Source: Xenococcaceae cyanobacterium MO_188.B19 (GTDB lineage Bacteria > Cyanobacteriota > Cyanobacteriia > Cyanobacteriales > Xenococcaceae). Taken from it: a DNA stretch of 54,521 bases. Below, in pieces: positions 8,364 through 15,061 of this stretch. The notes under the pieces are model-generated. The model made no database searches and was not told the origin of the DNA. It saw nothing but the letters and a program-made list of their open reading frames with translations. A program made the position numbers and the translations under genes. Numbering within the stretch: position 1 is the first letter of the stretch; each line of letters opens with the position of its first letter. The DNA lies in assembly GCA_030065715.1 (NCBI GenBank), contig JASJDF010000002.1:1-54521 (forward strand), read 5' to 3'.

Positions 8364-9389
8364 TTAACTCCTCACAAAATTAGAATTTAATAGCTTCTTA
8401 TAATTTGGTTCTTTGTCTAATGCCTTGAATTGAGATATCATAAATTCGCTAATTTTCTTAGCAGCATAATTCAGATGTTTCATATTTCTACCAGGCTTAA
8501 AAGCTTCGATATTATCTCCTCTATCAAATAGCTTGACCCCTGATTGAAACAGCTTTAATTCTTCTTCAGTTACTCCTGCACGAGATGCAATAATCTGATT
8601 GGCACGTTCGGGGTTTTTCTCCATGAAATCCAGAATGTCAAACCAAGTATTAACTAAACCTTGTACTGCCTTTGGATTCTCGTCAATCAACTTTTGGGTG
8701 ACTACTAATAGATCGGGAATTGCACCAGGAAAGTCAAAAGAGGAGATTAATTCTTTGCTTCCTTGCCTCTCTAATGCTGTTAACCAGAATGGGGGAAATG
8801 CCCCTACTGCATCCACTTGTCCTTTGGCAAATGCTACTGCTGCTGCACCAGTTTCTAAGTTGACAATATCTACATCATCCCTGGACATTCCATTTTTTTG
8901 CAGTGCCAGGGTTAGGAGAAAATCATCTACTACTCCTTCTTCTAGTGCTACTTTCTTAGCTTTTAAATCTTGAATTGTATTGATATCTTTGCTAACAATT
9001 ATCTTGTCGTTGCCAGCAGAATTATCGTTAACTAATACTACTACTTCGCCAAATACAGCCTGATCAACTTGGGGAATAGTATCGTTTAAAGTTTGACAGT
9101 TAGCATCTAAAAGTCCTGTTGATAATGCAGATATAGAATCTGAGTAATTATCGAACCATTTAAGATTGACATTTACACCATTTTTCTCAAATAAATGTTC
9201 CTCTTTGGCTATATCCCAGAGCCACCACCCTGACCAATTAGAGTAACCCATGTTAATGACTTCAGTTGGTGGAGGAATTGAGGTATCTTGACTGAGAATG
9301 CTTTTTATATTCGGAGCATTAACTGTTATTAGAAAGCTCGTTAGAAGTAATATGGCAAATGTCCAGATTATTTTAGTTATTCTAGTCAT
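8364..9389 (-). CDS. ABC-type substrate-binding protein, NMT1/SsuA/TauA-like (NitT/TauT family)
   Basis: 341-aa ORF with a signal/anchor sequence (IIWTFAILLLTSFLI). Overall pattern (GYSNWSGWW...DAVGAFPPF) is typical of NMT1-like SBPs. Ends 4 nt before the next gene. Confidence 0.6.
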   Translation of the reverse strand: MTRITKIIWTFAILLLTSFLITVNAPNIKSILSQDTSIPPPTEVINMGYSNWSGWWLWDIAKEEHLFEKNGVNVNLKWFDNYSDSISALSTGLLDANCQTLNDTIPQVDQAVFGEVVVLVNDNSAGNDKIIVSKDINTIQDLKAKKVALEEGVVDDFLLTLALQKNGMSRDDVDIVNLETGAAAVAFAKGQVDAVGAFPPFWLTALERQGSKELISSFDFPGAIPDLLVVTQKLIDENPKAVQGLVNTWFDILDFMEKNPERANQIIASRAGVTEEELKLFQSGVKLFDRGDNIEAFKPGRNMKHLNYAAKKISEFMISQFKALDKEPNYKKLLNSNFVRS

Positions 9390-9477
9390 AACAAGCTTTT
9401 TCTTTTAGATAACTTGTGGAGAATAATTAACTTAAGTGATTGCTACTAGGAAAGAAAAATATTCAACTTCTGAACTA

Positions 9478-10539
9478 TTAATTAGAGTTGATAACGGCTG
9501 GGTTTAAATCCCTATTGACTACAATATTAGAAGTAAATTCTTGTTTGATTTCTTCGTACATACTATTAGTTATACCAGCGATTTTATTTAAGAGCATTTT
9601 CTTAACTTCAGCTTCAGAAATATAACCACAACTTCCCCATCTATTTAGAGAACAACCTAAATTTGTTTCTAGTTCTTTACACAAAACTTCTGGACTATTA
9701 TTGACACAGATTTGTCCAAATATCATGGCTATAATAAAATTACTTGGTTGATTGGTATTTACTACACAAGAATCTTTAATTCTTCTCAGAAAAGAAACGG
9801 ACTTAATTAAATTATCTACGTAAGCTTGATTATCTCTAATGAGCTCCTGAATGATTTGAATTGCTAGGGTCAAAATCTGGGCTTTTATCTTACATCTATA
9901 AATATGTAATAGAGCATTAATTATTGCTTTATAACTTTCTTGGATAACTTTTTGTTGGTCAGATTTAATCATTTTAGAGTATAAGAAAGCATAAGACTTT
10001 TGACCTCCATTTTCTTTTTTTAGGTAGGACTGTCTCTCTATCTGATACTGTTGGGATAAATTCAAGAGAAATGCTTCTACTTTGCTTAAATACTTCAAAC
10101 AAGGTCTAGGTGAAGTACTCGACCAAAAATCATTAAGAAATTGTTGATTTTTATCTCTTAATTCATTCTTAAGTTCTTGAAAGTTTAGTTCTAAGGAAGC
10201 TACACATCCAGGCTCAGTATTGTCTTCAGGATTGCCATAATACCAAGAAAATATCTCTTCTTCCAGACCAATGATATTTTCTAATGAGCTATCTTCTAAA
10301 CTTCCACTTATTTCTTTTACTTCTAGCTCTAACTCCTGAATTAAACTAGAAGATAATTCTCCTTGTCCCAATAATTTAAACAACTGATTCTCAGAATTTT
10401 CGGTTTCTTCTAAACCTAATAAATTCAAAACATCTGACCAATCAGGTAATTCTGATTTGACTGAATCTAGCCAGTAATCTATTACATAGGATGCCAATAA
10501 ATTATTCCAGTTTTCTTGGTCAAATAATTCTGTATTCAT
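9478..10539 (-). CDS. hypothetical protein
   Basis: 353-aa ORF, acidic N-terminal half, no recognised motifs. Lies in the same minus-strand gene string as the partition cassette. Confidence 0.5.
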   Translation of the reverse strand: MNTELFDQENWNNLLASYVIDYWLDSVKSELPDWSDVLNLLGLEETENSENQLFKLLGQGELSSSLIQELELEVKEISGSLEDSSLENIIGLEEEIFSWYYGNPEDNTEPGCVASLELNFQELKNELRDKNQQFLNDFWSSTSPRPCLKYLSKVEAFLLNLSQQYQIERQSYLKKENGGQKSYAFLYSKMIKSDQQKVIQESYKAIINALLHIYRCKIKAQILTLAIQIIQELIRDNQAYVDNLIKSVSFLRRIKDSCVVNTNQPSNFIIAMIFGQICVNNSPEVLCKELETNLGCSLNRWGSCGYISEAEVKKMLLNKIAGITNSMYEEIKQEFTSNIVVNRDLNPAVINSN

Positions 10540-10560
10540 CTTAATATATCTCTTGGGTAA

Positions 10561-10929
10561 TTATTCTAAATTTTGGCTTCGCTCGCGTTCATCCTTTAAT
10601 TCAGTAGATGATGAAGACTTATCGGTCAGATATTCAATCAAAGGAGCACCATAAAGCAACCTAATTACAGATAGTAACAAAAGGGCAATTATTGTTAATT
10701 TACATAAACTTAAACTCCTTCTATTTCTAGCTTCGCTCTTTTTTTCAATCTCCACCAAGAAATCTTTTTCTTGTCCTTCCAGAATTCTGGACAAATCTTC
10801 AAAATTTTGCCAGCTTAGAAGAATCTCCTCTGGTAATTTGTCTTGATTAGCTCCCAAATACTGAGCGACTATTTTTCTGCCATTCTTTTTAATAAGATGA
10901 GCTATTTCTAATTCATTTTCCACTTTCAT
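10561..10929 (-). CDS. hypothetical single-pass membrane protein (paralog of 10913-11278)
   Basis: 122-aa ORF. VAQYLGANQDKLPEEILLSWQNFEDL aligns with LSKYLLVNQDDLPKDFIQIWQEFKEL of the upstream ORF. TM segment LTIIALLLLSVI. Confidence 0.5.
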   Translation of the reverse strand: MKVENELEIAHLIKKNGRKIVAQYLGANQDKLPEEILLSWQNFEDLSRILEGQEKDFLVEIEKKSEARNRRSLSLCKLTIIALLLLSVIRLLYGAPLIEYLTDKSSSSTELKDERERSQNLE

Positions 10930-11278
10930 TTTCTAACAATCCTGTAGTTTCAAAAAAATTGAAATCATGAGCAAATAAGAAAGCATAACAGAAGAAAATA
11001 GCTATTCCCCAAGTACTTACTGTCAAGGAAATCAAGAAAAAATTAAGTATCTTAGAGTACCAATATTCAATTGTTTCAGTAATTTGTATTGAGCCAATAT
11101 TTTTTTGATTCTTTTTGATTTCTTCTTGATTATTTAATTCTTTAAACTCTTGCCAAATTTGAATAAAATCTTTGGGTAAATCATCTTGATTGACTAATAA
11201 ATATTTACTTAACTCTAGTAATGCCTCATCTCTTTTATTCTGATATTTGGCAAGATTCGTAATAGTTGGCTTGAGCAT
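10913..11278 (-). CDS. hypothetical membrane protein (paralog of 10561-10929)
   Basis: 121-aa ORF overlapping the downstream paralog by 17 nt. C-terminal TM FFLISLTVSTWGIAIFFCYAFLF. Confidence 0.5.
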   Translation of the reverse strand: MLKPTITNLAKYQNKRDEALLELSKYLLVNQDDLPKDFIQIWQEFKELNNQEEIKKNQKNIGSIQITETIEYWYSKILNFFLISLTVSTWGIAIFFCYAFLFAHDFNFFETTGLLENESGK

Positions 11279-11281
11279 AGT

Positions 11282-11488
11282 TTATAAATCCACCTTGGGC
11301 TGACGAAATCTAAAATTTTGACACATGGCATTTTGTTGAGAACAACCTACGCCATTGGGGATATTGATTCCTAACATCGCTCCTAAGAGTAAAGCGATCG
11401 CGAATACCAGGAACAGGAAGGGAAATGACTCTAGAATATTCATCATTTCCAATCTCAAGACACGACGTTGTTTTTGTTTGGCTTCCAA
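11282..11488 (-). CDS. small hypothetical membrane protein
   Basis: 68-aa ORF with one TM (FPFLFLVFAIALLLGAML). Ends 3 nt before the next gene. Confidence 0.35.
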   Translation of the reverse strand: MEAKQKQRRVLRLEMMNILESFPFLFLVFAIALLLGAMLGINIPNGVGCSQQNAMCQNFRFRQPKVDL

Positions 11489-11616
11489 ATTTTTGACCCT
11501 TTCTTCTCGTTCTTTTTGTTTAAGTAATAGTGCTGCTGCCCTAATTTTGAGAGCTTCGTGTTCTTGAATTAGTAACCCTGGTAATTCTTCGTCAATTACT
11601 TCTCGAACAATAACTT

Positions 11617-12204
11617 TTAACTTCCAGGCGGTAATGCTGAATTGTTTTTTGTCGGATTTAGCTTCCCCTGCTTGAATTCTTCCACATCAGCGTTGACAAA
11701 ATCTTCAAAGTTTTTCTTAAAATCCCCGCCTAATACATTTGCCACAAAAAACTTTTCAATACCCCTTTCCAGATTTCCTTTCATTTCTAGGAATTTAGTT
11801 TGAGCTATACCAGGTACATTCTGATACATGGCTTGGGCTATTTCTTTGGCTACTTCTGTTGTCACATCATCCATGCCCAGATTTTCTTCAGGGGTAGATG
11901 CTCCGTGACTACCATTGCTTTGATGGGAAACATGACCATTGGAATTAGATTGTTGCATGGGTTCTTCTACTTTCTTAGATTCTTTTACTACTAGGTATAC
12001 TTCATTCTCTGCTAGACAGGAAGCGATCGCTTTATCCAATGGAATTCCTTTCTGGAGTGATTGACAGACATGATCAAATGCTTCTATTTGAGCCTTACTG
12101 GGGTTTTTAGTGGGGTTTTCTATTTTGATTCGGAGTAAAATATCTTGCCCTACCTCCTGAGTGATTCCATATTTTTCGGCAATGTCTCTAAATTTCTTAT
12201 TCAT
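11617..12204 (-). CDS. hypothetical protein
   Basis: 195-aa ORF downstream of the partition pair. No recognised motifs. Confidence 0.5.
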   Translation of the reverse strand: MNKKFRDIAEKYGITQEVGQDILLRIKIENPTKNPSKAQIEAFDHVCQSLQKGIPLDKAIASCLAENEVYLVVKESKKVEEPMQQSNSNGHVSHQSNGSHGASTPEENLGMDDVTTEVAKEIAQAMYQNVPGIAQTKFLEMKGNLERGIEKFFVANVLGGDFKKNFEDFVNADVEEFKQGKLNPTKNNSALPPGS

Positions 12205-12259
12205 CTTGCTTAATCCTTAGTTATTACTTACTTACGGTTAATGGCTGGTTGTGAAGTAA

Positions 12260-12682
12260 CTAAAATTCCTCACCTTCAAAATTGATATAAACATCATCCT
12301 CATCAATCTCTTCTTCATCGTTTGAGACAAAAAAACCTTTTTCAGCTTCTTCTGAGTTAGATTCCTCGGAGAAAATAGTTTCAGTTGTTTCAGTGATATC
12401 TATTTCGTTGACCTTATCGGAATGTGAATTTAATATTTCTGAACGACTCATAGCTAAATTCATATAAGTCTCAAACTGGGTTCGAGATACTTCACATCTT
12501 TGTTTAATCTCTGACAAACTGGCTCCTTCTGACGCAGCAGCAATGGGTGAGAACATACAAGAAAGGGCAATCTCTAATCCATCTCGTAATAATATTTCTC
12601 CTGAATTCAGATACTCAACGGCTTTGGCTACATTCTTACTTTCAGCAAAACTCGTGTCTATTTTTAATCTAACTTGACGCAC
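12260..12682 (-). CDS. candidate ParR-like partition adaptor (small protein with acidic C-terminal tail)
   Basis: 140-aa ORF whose start overlaps the ParM-like stop by 14 nt. Short N-terminal beta-like segment MRQVRLKIDTS and a very acidic tail (NDEEEIDEDDVYINFEGEEF). The call rests on position and architecture only. Confidence 0.4.
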   Translation of the reverse strand: MRQVRLKIDTSFAESKNVAKAVEYLNSGEILLRDGLEIALSCMFSPIAAASEGASLSEIKQRCEVSRTQFETYMNLAMSRSEILNSHSDKVNEIDITETTETIFSEESNSEEAEKGFFVSNDEEEIDEDDVYINFEGEEF

Positions 12683-13826
12683 TTTTTACTACCTCTAATC
12701 TTGGTTTTTCTACGGAAGGAGTCACAGTTTTGACCTGGTCTAAGGTCTTAAAATAGCCATAAGAATCTAGAAATAATGGGACGATTGATTTGTCTTTCCC
12801 TTTGATGTCAAAACGTTGACTAAATTCTTTACCTAAAGATTTACACCAGTTGAGCTTAATCCCATATTTAGCTTTAAATAATTCAGTTAATTCAGCAGAA
12901 AAATAATTAGCTGCACCTCCAGCAACACATACTTGCTTCGTTATCTGAATCTTTAAAGATTCAAAATCCTTAGTGCGATCATGCCAATATTGAGGACGGG
13001 CTATTTTGATGGCTTTAGTTAGTTGAGCCATTTCCTCATCACTCTTGGTTTGAGTTAATTGAATCAGAAATAAGGGGTCTAAATTACTGCCCGCTTTGGC
13101 AATTAATTCCGCAGTAGATAACTCATATTGAACGGGAAACTTCAGACCTCGAATAAAACTGTGCATTCCTGAACTTGGGAAGGTTTTAGAATGTTTGACT
13201 GAAAGTTCTCCTCGGTTAAAAAACAACCAAGTTAGGTCACTATGTCCCATCATTAATATTGCTGCTTTGTTAGTGGGAAAAGATTTATAAATCCCATAAC
13301 CCTCAGCTTTACAATAAATTTTATCGACACTAATGTTCTTAATCAGATTGCCATTAACCCAAAATCCTTGACCTTCAATAATCTTTCTCAGCCATCCTCC
13401 TAATAAACCCCGATCTTCAATTTCGTCTAAGGGCAATAAAATCCCCAAGTTTAATCGGATCTGCTTTTTAGACTTGGCTGAGGCATGAACTAAATACCCT
13501 AAGAATGCCAAGACTTTGACTAATAATGTCTCAAATTTCCTTTCATTGACGTATAAAAGTCCTGGGCGAGAAGCTGATTCTCCGATTTGCCAATAAACTC
13601 GATCTCCAGTTATGGGATTGAGATAACTCACTAAACTTGAATCTAGCGCAATACCCTCTTCTACGTACTCTAGTAGATCGTGATAGGTAGCTTCTGTTAG
13701 TTCCCTTACCGATGGCTCTACTAAAAAATAGCCTTCATCATTAAACGGACATTCTCCCGACGGATAAGACGCGATTATCTTACTGCCAGAAGTACCCGCA
13801 TCAAATGCCACTGTTATCTCTGACAT
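12669..13826 (-). CDS. actin-like segregation ATPase (ParM/StbA-like)
   Basis: 385-aa ORF. Phosphate-1 motif VAFDAGTSGSK near the N-terminus and adenosine motif VCVAGGAANYF near the C-terminus, with spacing typical of the actin/Hsp70 fold. Confidence 0.7.
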   Translation of the reverse strand: MSEITVAFDAGTSGSKIIASYPSGECPFNDEGYFLVEPSVRELTEATYHDLLEYVEEGIALDSSLVSYLNPITGDRVYWQIGESASRPGLLYVNERKFETLLVKVLAFLGYLVHASAKSKKQIRLNLGILLPLDEIEDRGLLGGWLRKIIEGQGFWVNGNLIKNISVDKIYCKAEGYGIYKSFPTNKAAILMMGHSDLTWLFFNRGELSVKHSKTFPSSGMHSFIRGLKFPVQYELSTAELIAKAGSNLDPLFLIQLTQTKSDEEMAQLTKAIKIARPQYWHDRTKDFESLKIQITKQVCVAGGAANYFSAELTELFKAKYGIKLNWCKSLGKEFSQRFDIKGKDKSIVPLFLDSYGYFKTLDQVKTVTPSVEKPRLEVVKSASS

Positions 13827-13859
13827 TGTTTAGATACCTATTGTTATATTTTTTCGCTT

Positions 13860-13944
13860 GAACGTGGGGAGATGCTCTTATCCGAAGGTTTATCCTTTGG
13901 GGAGAGGATATCCAATCGCGTAATTCGCATATCCAACCACGTTC
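13860..13944. promoter_or_regulatory. centromere/operator-like array upstream of the parM-like gene
   Basis: 8-bp inverted repeat GAACGTGG (13860-13867) / CCACGTTC (13937-13944) brackets four TATCC-type boxes, including the palindrome GGATATCC (13907-13914) and the 24-mer TATCCGAAGGTTTATCCTTTGGGG (13879-13902). Confidence 0.45.
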
Positions 13945-13985
13945 TTTATTTAATGCTTAATATCAATAGCCAGAAACTATCGATC

Positions 13986-14031
13986 GCATAGTGCCAGGTT
14001 ATGCCTGACCCACAGTCTATTTGTCATAGAC
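13986..14031. other. candidate oriT core (hairpin plus nic-like sequence)
   Basis: GCATA-n9-TATGC hairpin (13986-14004), then 10 nt later GTCTATTTGTCATAGAC (14015-14031). This resembles the hairpin plus ...TATTGTCT/ATAGCC... layout I recall for the MOBF plasmid R388. About 1 kb upstream of the relaxase gene. Confidence 0.3.
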
Positions 14032-14435
14032 AAAGACACTGCGATTATTTGATTGTTAATTGAAAACTCATTTGCCACTAACGACTCTTTTTTTGATTCT
14101 GAGCTTGAGAACTTAAGTGTGGGGGAGCAACTTGTTCTTCTCAATTCTCAAAATCCGTTAAGTCATTCGGACTTGACAGGACTTATGGAAAGTTAGTCTT
14201 CTTTTTCTAAAACAGGATGCTATGGTTTCAGAAAAATTTTGACGACGACAACAGAACAATTAAAACATTTTTTGGGGGTTGGGTACATCGTATCTCATTT
14301 TTTTTAAATAGTCTCAATTGTAAAAATAAATTAATAAACTCTTGCAACAACAAAAGCTACATTAAACACACATAAAATATTTTTTGAGAAACAATTCATA
14401 TAGTACTAATAAACTCCACTTAAATTAGGTTTTAA

Positions 14436-14497
14436 GTACCCATTTGTATGCACGGAGTACCCATTAGTACCCATCTGTACCCATTTATATGCACGGA
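14436..14497. repeat. iteron-like direct repeats
   Basis: GTACCCAT at 14436, 14457, 14467 and 14477. The 21-mers GTACCCATTTGTATGCACGGA (14436-14456) and GTACCCATTTATATGCACGGA (14477-14497) differ at one base. Confidence 0.6.
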
Positions 14498-14851
14498 CTA
14501 CCCCGATTTGCTCTATTCATTACCCTGTTTGCCATTGAGCCATTTTTAGGTTAAAATTAGGAGGATTTTTCTGCACCACACAACCCGCCACAAAAAGGTT
14601 CTGCATGAGCCTCAATTTTATCCTCAATTGTATGTCGTTTGTCATGTATTCATTACATAGTTCATGTGTTTAAACTGTAATTATCTAATTTCAATTTTTT
14701 AGCGACTAGCTAACAGCTAACAAATTCAAAAGTAATTATTTTTCGTAAACTTACTAGTGTGAAAAGTTTTTCTGTGTTACTCTCAGAATAATAGTCTTCT
14801 TGCTCAACTCAATATTTAACTCTCCAACTACCCATCAATATCAATAACAAG

Positions 14852-14881
14852 CTTTTTAGCCACGCTTGTCTTTTTAGCCAC
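14852..14881. repeat. direct 12-bp repeat CTTTTTAGCCAC x2
   Basis: Exact copies at 14852-14863 and 14870-14881, separated by 6 nt, about 180 nt upstream of the relaxase start. Confidence 0.6.
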
Positions 14882-14913
14882 CAGCTAGTATCTAATTGCT
14901 AGTCCTAAAGGAT

Positions 14914-14974
14914 CCCTAAAGGGTATATCCGAAGGTGTATCCTTTAGGGCACCTGCGGATAACACCTGCGGATA
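14914..14974. promoter_or_regulatory. operator-like element upstream of the relaxase gene
   Basis: 9-bp inverted repeat CCCTAAAGG (14914-14922) / CCTTTAGGG (14941-14949). It encloses TATCCGAAGGTGTATCC, which is part of a 24-mer (14926-14949) identical at 22/24 positions to 13879-13902. Followed by tandem CACCTGCGGATA at 14950-14961 and 14963-14974. Confidence 0.5.
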
Positions 14975-15001
14975 TCGCTAGTTGCTAGTTGCTAAAGAAT
15001 A

Positions 15002-15056
15002 ACTTTTGACTTTTCCTGTCAAGCAGGACAATGTGACTTTTGACTTTTGACTTAAG
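15002..15056. repeat. ACTTTTG heptamer tandem repeats flanking a small hairpin, directly 5' of the relaxase start
   Basis: ACTTTTG/ACTTTTC at 15002-15015 and ACTTTTG x2 plus ACTTAAG at 15036-15056. Hairpin CCTG-tcaag-CAGG at 15015-15027. Confidence 0.6.
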
Positions 15057-15061
15057 AAAGG

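Noticed and set aside
8599-8973. Antisense ORFs inside long genes. Examples: 8599-8973, 26642-26962, 28375-28692, 28813-29100, 30099-30557, 36301-36777, 37087-37410, 38716-38994, 20094-20390, 25736-26002.
   Set aside because: They are shadow ORFs opposite confidently assigned genes (SBP, M23 peptidase, VirB10-like, VirB4, pilin, HipA-like, VirD4). Their compositions are Ser/Leu/Pro-rich and no motifs are present.
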